In this document: positions 12,501-24,523 of the stretch, in pieces
How positions within the stretch are numbered: position 1 is the first letter of the stretch
Layout: each line of letters begins with the position of its first letter
Source: Psammoneis japonica
Taxonomy: Eukaryota
Length of the DNA: 64,000 bases
Direction of reading: 5' to 3'
Assembly: GCA_008632985.1 (NCBI GenBank)
Contig: QPGO01000066.1
Location: 203,771-267,770 of the forward strand
Made by a program: the position numbers and the translations under genes
Notes under the pieces: generated by a model
Database searches by the model: none
Seen by the model: the letters and a program-made list of their open reading frames with translations, nothing else
Told to the model about the DNA's origin: nothing

Positions 12501-15500
12501 AGGGGGGGCTTCTTATTCTCGCCTGCTGAACGAGGGTTGTTGTGACTTTGGTTCTCTCACCAGATGTGAAGCCGCTTTAGGCGCCATGGCCGGTTACGCT
12601 TGCAGCAAGATATTAACAGAAATTGTTTGTCTTCCTTTTGGTCTTGGAAGAACAGTGTGCAAACAGATAGCAGGAAGATACATGGAGGGCGTGTGTGGGC
12701 TAGGTCTTACCGGTGACGCGGTGGGAAACTTCTTAAAGAGAGGATGCGAAACAGGTCTTGGCTGTTCAGCGGACCCTTGCTGCGGCTCGGAAGATCCTTG
12801 TTGTGGTTCAGACGACGAATGCTGCGGCTCCGATGACCCTTGTTGCGGCTCTGATGACCCTTGTTGCGGCTCGGAAGACGAATGCTGCGGCAATAACGAC
12901 CCTTGTTGTGGTTCAGACGACGAATGCTGCGGCTCTGATGACCCTTGTTGTGGTTCAGACGACGAATGCTGCGGCTCCGATGACCCTTGTTGCGGCAATG
13001 ACGACCCTTGTTGTGGTTCAGAAGACGGATGCTGCGGCTCGGCTTCTTGTGAAGATGATGACAAAGCGCGTTCAGATGGCGACCCGCACATCCTTACGTT
13101 TGACAATTTGGCTTATTCGTGCCAGGGAGAAGGCGAGTTTACCTTGGTGAAGTCGTTGGATTCTGGTCTTCTTGTGCAGACGCGCTTCAAGAAGTCAAAG
13201 TTCAATTCAAGGGTGAGCGTCACGCGCGGATTCGCTGCGCGGGTGAGCGAGAATTCTCCAATAGTACAACTAGCTATTCCCGAAATTGACGGCACTCCGA
13301 TCTTGTACATCGACTCTGTTCTCCACGACACGCTTGTTCCGTACGACGATGAGCATGTCTCCTACACGCCAGCAAGTGGTGGTTCCAGGTTCACCGTGCA
13401 ATTCAAGGAATGGAGGTTGACTGTTGTTGGTCGGATGTCTGGAGATTTCGTTCTGAACGTGGAAGTGTCCATCTCGAAAAACTTCCGCGCAGAACGCATC
13501 GTAGGTTTAATGGGTAGCAACGATGATGACTCAACTAATGACTGGATGACATCGGATGGAACCGTTTTCCGGTGCCAGAAGACCCAGAAGGAGAGGGCTT
13601 ATCTCAATATGAATACTGCGTCACGAACTGGTGTATCCTAAACGAAGACGAGTCTTTGTTCTTCTATGATCAAGATCTTGACTTTTCCTACTACTTTGGG
13701 TGCGATCAGCCATACGAAGGGGACGTAGATCTTTCTGGAGTGAGCGATGAGGTTAGGGATCTTTGTGGCATTGATCAAGAATGCTTGATTGATGGGGTGG
13801 TATTGGGTCTAGACATTGCCCAGAGTACTCTCGAGGGTAAGGCTTCTGCATCACTCCCTCCACATGGGTTCACGATGTCAACTACAATGTTACGTTTACG
13901 GTGAACATCAGTACAGTTCCTCCTATTGAAACAGGCTCCATTGACGCTTATTCGATTTATCACTTGGGTGATCGAACTGTATTTCTTGGAACAGCCAGCA
14001 AGACAACACAGGAGGGCAAGGTGTTTGTCATTACGACATCTCTACGATCGCAGATTGCCGGAGAAAGCTTATCGTTTCAAGCTGTACCGCAAATGAACGG
14101 GGTTGACGTTCCATCGTCACGGCACGTTTTCACTCGATTTAATGGGGCGATTTGCTTTTCTCGAGTATCAGGAATCGGATTGACGAATCTTTTTGCCGAC
14201 CTATCTAATCTTCCCATAGGCGTGAGCTTGTGGGTTTACGACATAGAGGAGGTTTTTCTAGTACAGCGGAATGCCGGAAACAGTACTCAGCTTCTCAGTG
14301 TCCCTGCTACAAAAATTTTTGTCAATGTCATTGATACAAGTGCTGATATTTGGAAACTGGTGGACTGCTTCGCTGGCACTTGTCAATTGATGGATTTCAC
14401 TGCAATGTTGGAGGTGGATGTGTCGAGGCTACCCAATTTGTACGAATTGGAGCTCCTGACAGAATCCGGTAGCAGGTTTCGCAGGGATCTAAATGCTGGC
14501 GGATCTATCGCGTCCTACAAAATTCTTGCCCTACCAAACGTGACCGTTGCCCTACCGAGGGCAGGGGTGCCGGTCCTGTGCGTCCATATTTTGTTCGGGA
14601 CCTCGACTGTTCTTCTGGGTCGTGTCGCGTCGACGACGTGACGAACGACTTGTACGTTAACTTGACTGGACTCGAGGATAATGACTTGGAGATTCGATTG
14701 TATGATTCCGAGCTTGGTGGTGGGCTTCGGTTCATTCGCGACGTTATGAATGAAACGGATTTTACAACCGCCGTCTTGCCATTTGTTTACGACGTTGAAG
14801 TTAGAGATAATTCGGATGGGTTGGCGATCCTCGGAATCAGTGGTGTTGACTGCTCCGGGAGCTCGTGCGCTATTGGCCCATTCAATGCGGTGTTGGAGGT
14901 GGATGTGTCTAAGTTACCGAATCTATACAAAGTGGAGCTCCTGAATGAAGCTGATGGGCGTAGCTTTCGAATCGATCTTGATGCTGGTGGAACAGTCGCG
15001 TCCTACAAAATTCTTACCCTACCAAATGTGACCGTTGCCCTAACCGAGGGCAAGGGGGCTGGGCCAGTGCGTCCGTATTCTGTACGAGACCTTGACTGTT
15101 CTTCTGGGTCGTGTCGCGTCGACGACGTGACGAACGACTTGTACGTTAACTTGACTGGACTCGAGGATAATGACTTGGAGATTCGATTGTATGATTCCGA
15201 GCTTGGTGGTGGGCTTCGGTTCATTCGCGACGTTATGAATGAAACGGATTTTACAACCGCCGTCTTGCCATTTGTTTACGACGTTGAAGTTAGAGATAAT
15301 TCGGATGGGTTGGCGATCCTTGGAACCAGTGGTGTTGACTGCTCCGGGAGCTCGTGCGCTATTGGCCCATTCAATGCGGTGTTGGAGGTGGATGTGTCTA
15401 AGTTACCGAATCTGTACAAAGTGGAGCTCCTGAATGAAGCTGATGGGCGTAGCTTTCGAATCGATCTTAATGCTGGTGGAACAATCGCGTCCTACAAAAT

Positions 15501-16335
15501 TCTTACCCTACCTAACGTGACTGTTGCCCTAACCGAGGGCAAGGGGGCTGGGCCAGTGCGTCCGTATTCTGTACGAGACCTTGACTGTTCTTCTGGGTCC
15601 TGTCGCGTCGACGACGTGACGAACGACCTGTACGTTAACTTGACTGGACTCGAAGATAATGACTTGGAGATTCGATTGTATGATTCCGAGCTTGGTGGTG
15701 GGCTTCGGTTCATTCGTGGCGTTATAAATGAAACGGATTTTACAACCGCCGTCTTGCCATTTGTTTACGACGTTGAAGTTAGAGATAATTCGGATGGGTT
15801 GGCGATCCTTGGAATCAGTGGTGTTGACTGCTCCGTGAGCTCGTGCGCCATTGAACCATTCAATGCGGTGTTGGAGGTGGACATGTTGGGTTTACCCGGT
15901 GTTGGAGCACACCTCATCTTAAAAACTGCTGCCGGGGACACCTTCTTGCGTGATGAGGATGCAGGTGGGGCTCTCAAAAGCTATAACATTTTGGCACTTC
16001 CAGACTTGACGGTTGAGTTGAAAGAACGAGGTGCGGGGCAAGTGAGCTCCCTTGTCATTGAGGACGTCGACTGTTCCTCTGGGGGGTGCAAGGTTGTCGT
16101 GACGAGCAGTTTGTCTATAAATCTTGCTGGTCTTGCCAACGACGTCAGTGTCGATTTGGTCGACCCAGAGAACGGCGGCATTTTCCGTCGAATCTCTGGT
16201 CAGGGGGGTTCGGAGCTTAGCCTCACGGTTCTTTGCGATCTTCGCTACACGGTAAAAATTTTCGATTCAAGCAGCGTCATCTCTGAAGAAACAACAGACA
16301 TGTGTCCGTGTGGAGGGACCTGCAATTTCTCTTAA
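9538..16335 (+). CDS. Giant secreted protein (~2,260 aa if joined): Cys-rich N-terminus, PSxxPS repeats, TSP3-like Ca-binding motif, CCGSDD repeats, von Willebrand factor D domain, 163-aa C-terminal repeats; three frame breaks (~13570, ~13850, ~14555)
   Basis: Signal peptide MLFRHFLVSLLLCRLCRG; DDDCDGVPDAFDLCP; GDPHILTFDNLAYSCQGEGEFTLVK...VGLMGSNDDDSTNDW. Four abutting ORFs continue the same domains. Confidence 0.8.
11870..12135 (+). repeat. Coding PSDQPSLE-type tetrapeptide-period repeat
   Basis: PSLEPSxEPSDxPS repeated in the translation. Confidence 0.9.
12772..13042 (+). repeat. Coding 21-bp minisatellite (about 13 x D[P/E]CCGSD)
   Basis: gacccttgttgtggttcagac-type units in frame. Confidence 0.95.
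14396..16085 (+). repeat. 489-bp coding tandem repeat, ~3.5 copies, near-identical
   Basis: ttcaatgcggtgttggaggtgga starts at 14881, 15370 and 15859 (489-bp period), with a diverged start at 14396. Confidence 0.95.
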
Positions 16336-16369
16336 TTGGTGTTTAGGTATTTTGCGAGACGAGATTAGT

Positions 16370-18910
16370 GCAATTTCATGTTGAATCACATGTGAGCGGC
16401 CGCTCTTCATGGCGCACAATTCCTGGAATTTCCATGCTGTGTTGCGTGTGACTGTGTGCTCAATGATGCAATGCCGATGGCGGTGAACACCCCTCATGCT
16501 GGCCACACACCCCAGGCCATGGCACCACCCACTCACACTGTCAGAGGAGGAGCTCTGCCATTGCAGCAACAAGAACCCTCCTGCCAGCACGTGCTGCGAT
16601 TGGCACCAAGAGCAAGGGCCACAGCCTGCAGCTCCATTCCTGCCTGTGCAGCTACCACAGGAGCTGTGAATCCAAGAGTGCCCCTGCACCACTGCTCTGT
16701 CTCATCTCCCTCTCATCAGAGTTGTTCTGTGAAGATGACTGGGGCTTCTCAAAAAGAAGCAAGTGAAATGGCATGGTTCAGGACTTCCTTGAGGCACCCC
16801 ACACACAAGCAGGTGGCAGCAGCTGCTTTTCTTGACAATGAAAGCTCGGCTCTGCTGCTGGCGGCCATCATTGACGACAATGTGAATGGGCCACACGCCC
16901 TCAACGTGGGGTGGACAGCTTGTGCTTTTTGGCACTCTTTTTCCTGAGTTGGGGGCCGGCCTGCCAGCTTTTTTCCACTTGGCACCAAGCAGCACCTGGG
17001 CCCCAATCAGCATTGGGGTCATCAAGCAGTGGTTGCCAATGCCTCCAATGCCAAAGACGTGCTTGAGTGTGCAAGAAGTTGTGGCAGAGTCTCCATGCTC
17101 TCTCTCTCTCCTCTTTTCTTTGTCAGGCTGCTTCTGCCCAGCAGTGATTTTGCAGCAGCAGCTGTGCACACACAAAGGTGTGTGGAGATTGCAACAACTT
17201 TTTCAGAACACATCAGCTCCACATCCCATTCAGTCATGAGGCCTCATGTGCAGTGTGTGTTGTGTGAGCTGCAGGCTTTCAAGCAAGCAGGGTGTGGCAC
17301 AGAGAAAAGAAAACACAGGGAGGTTCTGGTCATGTTTCAAGGAGCATCCCCATGGGTTGATGACATTCAATGGCTGAATGAGATGCAAAAATTACTCTAA
17401 ATTGTTTCTGGCAACTTTGCAACAGTTGCGCGCACACAAGGGAGCTGGCACCATGGTGTGTTGTGAGTTGTGAGCATGAGCGTCAACGGGGACAGCATGC
17501 ATGATGGTTCGCACGTGATTTTTGGAATTTCAATGTGACCAATGTGGCTGGACAGGGGTCTGGTTTGAATGATGCAAATCTTTTGCACCAAGTCATCATC
17601 CTCATTGATGAGGACATCCATGCTTTTTCACGCAAGTTTTTCACATTTGTTGTGTCATTGACACACAAGTTGTTGTTGTTGTGAGGCTGCTGCCAATCAC
17701 TCTCTCTTGATCATGTTTTGTTGCAGCAGCATTCCTCGACATGCGGCCAGGCCTCTTTGCTTGAGCAGCAGTGCCACTTCTCATTTCAACAATGACAAAT
17801 GGTTTTTGCTCAAGAGCTTTTCTTCTTCAGAAGAACCCCGCGAAAGCATGCCGTGCGATGTCTTGATTGTCGGTTGTGGCCCCACCTGTCTTGCTGCATC
17901 GATTTGTCTCAAACAACTCTGTTTGCAACATGAACAAGATTTGAGTGTTTGTTTGATTAAAAAGGGATCCAAAATTGGCTCTCACATTTTATCTGGAAAT
18001 GTGCTTGATCCCAAGGCCTTGCCAGAATTGTTCCCAGAAGAAAAGGAAACGTGGGTTCAAGATGACTGCCAGTGATCAACCTGCTGCTCAGACTTCATGT
18101 GTCATTTGCAGAGCACAGCAAAGGGAATCAGCATCAATTCAAATGATGTGCAATGGCCCATTCACATGGCTCAATGGACTTGAATGCTGCGCGCATGTGT
18201 GCACACATGGGCTGTGCAAAAATGTGTGTTGAGCTTGACACGCCCAAGCTGCAAGCTGTTCTTTGTCACACAAATGTCCAATTTGAAGTTCAAAACTTGG
18301 CAATCTGACTGTTGTGAAGGGTCCAAGTCAGCACCTCTTGTGCCCACCCAGTGCAAAAAATTCTGAAGCAGATTGCTTGTTGCTGATGAGCATTTTGTTT
18401 GGCAGCTCTTGCAGAGCTGCAAAAATGAGCTCTGAAAAGGAGATTGTGATTTGTCTTGGTCAAAGCACTGCTGTGAGTGGCTGCAGGTGTTTTGGGGACA
18501 GCTCTTGTGATGGTGGAAGACCTCAGAGTTTGGCAAGAGTCCAGCTCAGCTGTGTTTTCCTTCTCGCATCATCTGAAGGCTGCCCAGATGCAGTGCACTT
18601 TTTGACCATTTCAAGAAAAAGAGTGGAGGCAGGTTTGCATTTGCCACCATGCAGGAGATGACTGCACTCATTGCCTGCTTGACAAGTGTCTGCAGTTTTG
18701 GCAACAGAGTGGCGTTTGGAGCCAAAGCAGGCTGTTGGCACTCTCTTTGCTCCGCTCGGCTGTGTGGCTGTGTGGCAGAAGAGAGAGGACTGCTCCTGAG
18801 GGCAAGAGTTGGGTACAGGTGAACATGGTGTGGTCAGCTGGGCATTGGAACAAAGATTCGGACATGTCGCAACAGCTGTTGTCTTGCTGTGTTGTGAGCG
18901 TGCTTGAACA
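16370..18910. other. TpA-depleted domain 3
   Basis: About six TA in 2.5 kb; begins ~35 bp after the VWD gene stop. Confidence 0.93.
17713..18063 (+). pseudogene. ETFDH: 5' partial duplicate of ETF-ubiquinone oxidoreductase (with upstream region from ~17510)
   Basis: Aligns to 19235-19579. GGGPAG is changed to GCGPTC and the copy is truncated after ETWVQD. Confidence 0.97.
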
Positions 18911-19234
18911 GAAATAATTTGGAGGAAAAAAGTGAGTCGCCGCGCACGATGAGCGCGTGATTTTTGGAATTTCAATGTGATCCTAGTGACTGTATACTTT
19001 CATTATTACATATCTTTTGCATCCAATGATCATCGACATTCACGAGGACATTCATACTTTTTCGCGCAAATTTTTCACGCACAAAAATCAAAAAAATCAG
19101 CCGTGATGCGGATTTTCTGACAACCTTTTTGTGACGCGTCGTGTTGCTTCCAACCGTTGGGGGATTGCACACTGTCACATTTATTGTGTCATTGACACAG
19201 TTGTGAGGCTGCTGCCAATCACTCTCTCTTGATC

Positions 19235-21091
19235 ATGTTTCGTTGTAGTAGCATTCTTCGATATGCGGCTAGGCCTCTTCGCTTGAGTAGTAGTACTACT
19301 CGATTCAACAACAAATCGTTGTTCCTCAAGAGCTTTTCTTCTTCAACAGAACCCCGCGAAAGCATGCCGTACGATGTCTTGATTGTCGGTGGTGGTCCCG
19401 CCGGTCTTGCCGCATCGATTCGTCTCAAACAACTCTGTTTGCAACACGAAAAAGAGTTGAGTGTTTGTTTGATTGAAAAGGGATCCGAAATTGGTTCTCA
19501 CATTTTATCGGGAAATGTGCTCGATCCCAAGGCGTTGCAGGAATTGTTTCCCGATGAAAAGGAAACGTGGGTTCAAGATTTTCTCGAGCAACAAGGGTCT
19601 CATGCGACGCCCGTCACCAAGGATGAATTTTTAATTCTCTCCAAATCGAATTCCATCAGAATTCCCAATTTTACTCTACCCCCGCAATTGCACAATGATG
19701 GTAATTATATTATAAGTCTTTCACAATTGTGTCGTTGGCTCGCGACACGGGCCGAAGAAATGGGTGTCGAGATTTATCCCGGCTTTGCTGCATCCGAAGT
19801 CTTGTATGATGAAGCAAAGACTGAAGTACGGGGCGTGGCGACACGCGATGTGGGGTTGGACAAGGACGGAAATTGCAAGGAAACGTATGAACGTGGTGTC
19901 GAGTTGCACGCACGTCAAACCCTCTTTGCCGAAGGTGCACGGGGATCGTGTAGTATGGATGTCATGAAGACGTTTGATTTAAACAAGGACAGTCACCCCC
20001 AGACATATGGATTGGGAATCAAGGAAGTGTGGCAAGTGGAGGAGGGAGATGCGAACTTTCAACCCGGCTTGGTCCAACACACGCTGGGCTTTCCGCTTCA
20101 ATCCAAACTCACGGATAAAGTCTATGGAGGTTCGTTCCTCTATCATCAAGAACCCAATTTAATTTTAGTTGGTTTGGTTGTGGGTTTGGATTATGCCAAT
20201 CCCTATTTGAATCCCTATCAAGAATTTCAACAATGGAAAACGCATCCCTCTGTCGCAAAATATCTCGAAAAGGCCACTTGCATTGCCTATGGTGCACGCG
20301 TTTTGAATGAAGGTGGTTATCATGCCATTCCACAATTGACCTTTCCGGGTGGTGCACTGATTGGATGCAGTGCGGGATTTTTAAATGCCGTCAAAATCAA
20401 GGGAACGCATACGGCCATGAAATCCGGTATGCTTGCCGCACAAGCCACGTATGAGGCATTAATGAACAAAGAAGGTGATGACGAACAAGAAACGGTGGCT
20501 ACAAGTGGTGTATTGGAATTTGATGATTCAGACGCGGTGGAAATTACAGACTATCCCAAACAAGTGTACAGCTCGTGGATATACGACGAATTGTATCAAG
20601 TTCGCAATTGTCATGCAGCCTTTCAAAAGTGGGGTGTCATGGGCGGTTTGATGTTTTCTGGATTGGCGGCACACATTACCAAGGGCAGTGAGCCCTTTAC
20701 GTTATCTCACACGAAAAGCGACGCCGACACGACGCAGGAAGCACAACACTTTGAACCCATTTCGTATCCACCGCCCGACAATGTACTGACTTTTGACTTG
20801 TTGACCAATTTGCAACGCAGCGGGACATACCACGAAGAGAATCAACCCTGTCATTTGCAAATCAAGCCGGATTTGGCCAATATACCCCGTGATGTGTCCA
20901 TGCAAGTCTTTGGTGCACCCGAACAACGCTTTTGTCCTGCGGGCGTTTATGAATATCCCGACGACAAGAATTTAGTGATTAATGGACAGAATTGCATTCA
21001 TTGCAAATGTTGCAGCATTAAAATGCCTCACGAGTACATTCAATGGACCGTGCCCGAAGGTGGTGGAGGACCGCAATATCAAGTCATGTAA
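19235..21091 (+). CDS. ETFDH: Electron transfer flavoprotein-ubiquinone oxidoreductase, mitochondrial
   Basis: Transit-peptide-like N-terminus; DVLIVGGGPAGL FAD motif; EKGSEIGSHILSG; KIKGTHTAMKSGM; 4Fe-4S FCPAGVYE...NCIHCKCC. Confidence 0.98.
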   Translation: MFRCSSILRYAARPLRLSSSTTRFNNKSLFLKSFSSSTEPRESMPYDVLIVGGGPAGLAASIRLKQLCLQHEKELSVCLIEKGSEIGSHILSGNVLDPKALQELFPDEKETWVQDFLEQQGSHATPVTKDEFLILSKSNSIRIPNFTLPPQLHNDGNYIISLSQLCRWLATRAEEMGVEIYPGFAASEVLYDEAKTEVRGVATRDVGLDKDGNCKETYERGVELHARQTLFAEGARGSCSMDVMKTFDLNKDSHPQTYGLGIKEVWQVEEGDANFQPGLVQHTLGFPLQSKLTDKVYGGSFLYHQEPNLILVGLVVGLDYANPYLNPYQEFQQWKTHPSVAKYLEKATCIAYGARVLNEGGYHAIPQLTFPGGALIGCSAGFLNAVKIKGTHTAMKSGMLAAQATYEALMNKEGDDEQETVATSGVLEFDDSDAVEITDYPKQVYSSWIYDELYQVRNCHAAFQKWGVMGGLMFSGLAAHITKGSEPFTLSHTKSDADTTQEAQHFEPISYPPPDNVLTFDLLTNLQRSGTYHEENQPCHLQIKPDLANIPRDVSMQVFGAPEQRFCPAGVYEYPDDKNLVINGQNCIHCKCCSIKMPHEYIQWTVPEGGGGPQYQVM

Positions 21092-21326
21092 GCGGAAAAA
21101 AAGGGCGAGAATGGTGGTATATTATTGATATTTGTATTGGGCGCTTGATGATGGAATCGGGAAAAGAGTATGTTGCAGTAGACTCTGTGTATTTGAGTGC
21201 AAGTAAGAGTTGGAATAGATTATGTCTACTTGTGTAATGTTGCTTTAGAGAAACACATTATTTAGAATGAAATCTTCGTTAGATCCTTGCTACTCCTCTC
21301 TTAAACATGCCTTCCAAAGTTTCTTG

Positions 21327-21383
21327 ATTCTCTCTCTCTCTCTCTCTCTCTCGAACGAACGAACGATAATCTCTCTCTCTCTC
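21327..21383. repeat. (TC)n/(GAAC)n compound microsatellite
   Basis: Direct reading. Confidence 0.9.
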
Positions 21384-21651
21384 TTGAGTGTACAGTAGAA
21401 AGATTCGATCTCTTGCGGTCCTAGAGTACAGTATTTACGTGTCGACCGAATCTCGCGAATAGGTAGACCATTGCCGCCGAACCTCTAACTATTATAGTGA
21501 TATACTAAAAAGAGAATCTCGGCGTACGTTAATACATCGAATATAGATTCCGTTACAATTTTCTGTAAAAGACACATAAACTCCAAGCAGCAGGACAATC
21601 GTTGGCAGTTATTATTGAGATACGCTGCGGGAACTTCATGCTGCATCGGAC

Positions 21652-22851
21652 CTATTCGGCGACATTGTTGTTGGAGTTCTCGCTCTGTCCGCGACCCGAG
21701 TCGTCATCATTGGCAGCAGCAGCCGTCTTGAGACGCTTTACAAGAGTTTCCCGAGTGCCGTCGGGTTGAGTTCCGCTTCCTCGAGCTTCCTACGCATCCT
21801 AGCTACACTCATGTTTTCGATATTGTCCTCGTCTTGGTCCAAAGCCGCGGGCTCATATGCAGCCGCCACCAACTCTCGGAGCAAATCGGGAGAATCCAAT
21901 GACAGAAAAGCCTCTGACTTTCTCACTGCCTCACTGTGGGCTACAAAAAATGCTAGCGCAGCTTCCTTGAGAAGGGCACAGTTCTTACGTTCGGCAAAGA
22001 GAAGCAAGTCGACAACGCTGTCCACCGTAATGGCCGATTCAACCATCTTGGCTTCTACACGAAGCTTGAGACTAACACAGTTATACTTGTCAGCAAAATC
22101 AAGCAACGACATTGCGCCTTTTTCGTCCATGTCGGTGTCCGTGGGAAGTTCGTCAACGTAAGCATACCGCAGAAACGATGAAAAGATGGATGGATCAACA
22201 TCATCAATCATGATCGGAGCCTTCTCTTTGTTGGATTCGCACTCAAATATTTCAGCAAAGCCTGGAGCCCGTTTGGCAAGAATGTTTTTATGCGCCTGAA
22301 AACTCTTGCCACCAACAGAAAAGGAAACATCCGAATAGTCCATTGAGTCGAGCAAATAAGACAAGTCCCTCTGTAAGGTGCTTTTGGGATGCCACATCTC
22401 AGGCATGGCAAGAACATTCTGAATGTCCGCTTTTATCATCAGAGCGCCATTCTCCAGAAATCCATTCTCTGGATCGAGCACAGAATCCCGAGTCTCAAAA
22501 TCTGTCCATCCCCACGATTGATTTTCTTTCTTGAGCTTCGCAGACGCAGTCTCATTTCCAGCTCGAAATGAGAAGTTCGCCTCAACAGGTTCACGACCCT
22601 CCACTTTGGCACGCTTGAAGTACACAGAGAGATGAACCACGTCCTCACTTGACTTATTGTCACCACGTGGATACAGCCGGATCTGCCACAAATTCCCGTG
22701 GCAAGAAAGTGGCTTGGAGATGACTCTTTCTCCGCGTTGATGCGGGAAGATTCTCGAAGTCTTTAAAGCTTACACAGATGGTGTGCTTTGGAGATAGCAA
22801 TTTGTCGCTCTGAACTACATCAGAAGCTACAATGCGTTCTTCGTCCGCCAT
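21652..22851 (-). CDS. MATH-BTB/POZ (SPOP-like) protein with C-terminal SAP-like motif; two 1-nt frameshifts (~22745, ~21764)
   Basis: WQIRLYPRG and WGWTDF (MATH); SDVSFSVGGKSFQAHKNILAKR (BTB). Correcting two C-runs gives NLPHQRGERVIS and ELNPDGTRETLVKRL...VAE*. Confidence 0.88.
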
Positions 22852-23396
22852 GGTGGTTAAAATGTTGAACGTCGTTCCGGTTTTGGAGTTTTGGAATGTT
22901 TTTGCGCCGCGAATGCACGCAGCGCTACTGTGCGCCGCTGCGGCCGCAGGGCACAGACAAACGGACCGCGAGTCACGAAACGCCAGCGCAGAAGTGCCGG
23001 CAACTTTGAACTACGACAAGAGATCCATCGTTCTTGTCACTCCACAATTGTCAGAATTGTCCATGATCTGCTCCATCCCGCGACATCTTTTGCCCTCATC
23101 CCAGCAGTCCATCACAGAGTGGCACGCCATCATGGCTTTCTCATCTGGTTGTTTCGTTTTGCTTTGCCATTTCTTCAACAGCACTGGTTCTCAGCTCCTC
23201 AATCAGCTCAAAGGCCTCAATTTGTCATCATGTTTGTTGAAAACTGCCATTGGTTTTTTTTTTTTTCGAAGACTTCGATGAATCAGCACACATGTGCACC
23301 CTGCTGCCTTTGGAGACAATGTGGAGACATCATTGCCCTGTGTGTGATGATGGATCTGACTGAGTGTGTTGCATCATCCACTGCTCCAGGGAAGTT

Positions 23397-24352
23397 CAGT
23401 GACCGGATCTGCAGATGACAGCCAGACCTGGATGGCCAAGCAGATCTCCTTGAGATTTGTCTCTCACTTTCTTTCTGACTGGTGCTGTTCATCACTGTCC
23501 CAGCACATGTTGGATTGTGCAAGCAGAACCTTGTCTGTTGTGACAGCTGACCGAGTCATGAGTCGTGAGTTGTGTGTGCCAGCGATGACACATCAGACGT
23601 GACTCACAGTCACACACCCAGTGGACAGACATTTCATCACTGTCCTGGCATGCATTGGATTGTGCCAGCAGACCCTTGTCTGTCAGGTCATGAACACCAT
23701 CATGCTGTCCTCCACATCATCAGATGGCTGAGGCTTTGTCTGGGATGGGTCCAACACATTTGATGTCGTTGTTGTCACTGTGTTTGGTTCAATGATCTTC
23801 TCAATGAAGCACTGGCTTAAGATCTTGGTTGCATCATGGCAGAAACCAGGAGGTGTAAATTTGTCCACAATGATTGATGCATCCACAAGAGCACTGGAAA
23901 AGTGGTTGTCCAGGCAAGTGTGGGTGTCTCTGTGAGTGGAGTTGGGTCCAAATTTGAGGTTTGTGGACTTTGTCTTTGTCAAATCAATGGCTTTGGTTGA
24001 CTTGTTGGCCATGGTTGGGCACGCAAAATTTCTGCGCAAAGCTCTGGCATGTGATCCATGATGGTCCTGTTGGTGCAGTTGGTGGGAGAAAAATTGGTGG
24101 TGAGATGGAGATGGCATTTTCTCTTGACAAAAATGGGGCTCTGTGGCACAAATTCTGGTTTGTGTGTTCTGATGATGGCGGAACAGTGCGATGGTGCTCA
24201 TGACCTGACAGACAAGGGTCTGTTGGCACAATCCAATGCATGCCAGGACAGTGATGATGACACAGTGCTGGTTGGAAAGAAAGTGAGAGACTGATGTCAG
24301 GGAGATCTGCTTGGCCATCTGGGTCTGGCCATCCTCCACAGATCCAGCACAC
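23397..24352. repeat. Three copies of a degenerate repeat (23397-23540 +, 23635-23724 +, 24168-24352 -)
   Basis: Shared gatggccaagcagatctcc and catcactgtcctggcatgcattggattgtgc blocks in direct and inverted orientation. Confidence 0.85.
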
Positions 24353-24523
24353 TGACAGCATTGGAAATGATGGTTGGACAATGCATGGATTTGTGTGCTT
24401 TGCAGCAGCAGCAGCATTTGGCCACTGATGGTGCACTGAAATTCCAAAAACCATGCACCCATCATGTGTGACAACTCCTCCCATCTTTGCTCAAGCTCGC
24501 AACATGTGAGACATGTCAAGCAC

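Noticed and set aside
12772..13042. Regular short repeats resembling a CRISPR array
   Set aside because: These are in-frame 21-bp coding repeats without unique spacers, in a eukaryotic context with no cas genes.
13560..14570. Programmed ribosomal frameshifting in the VWD gene
   Set aside because: No slippery heptamers. Sister repeats show simple single-base losses, so error or decay is more likely.
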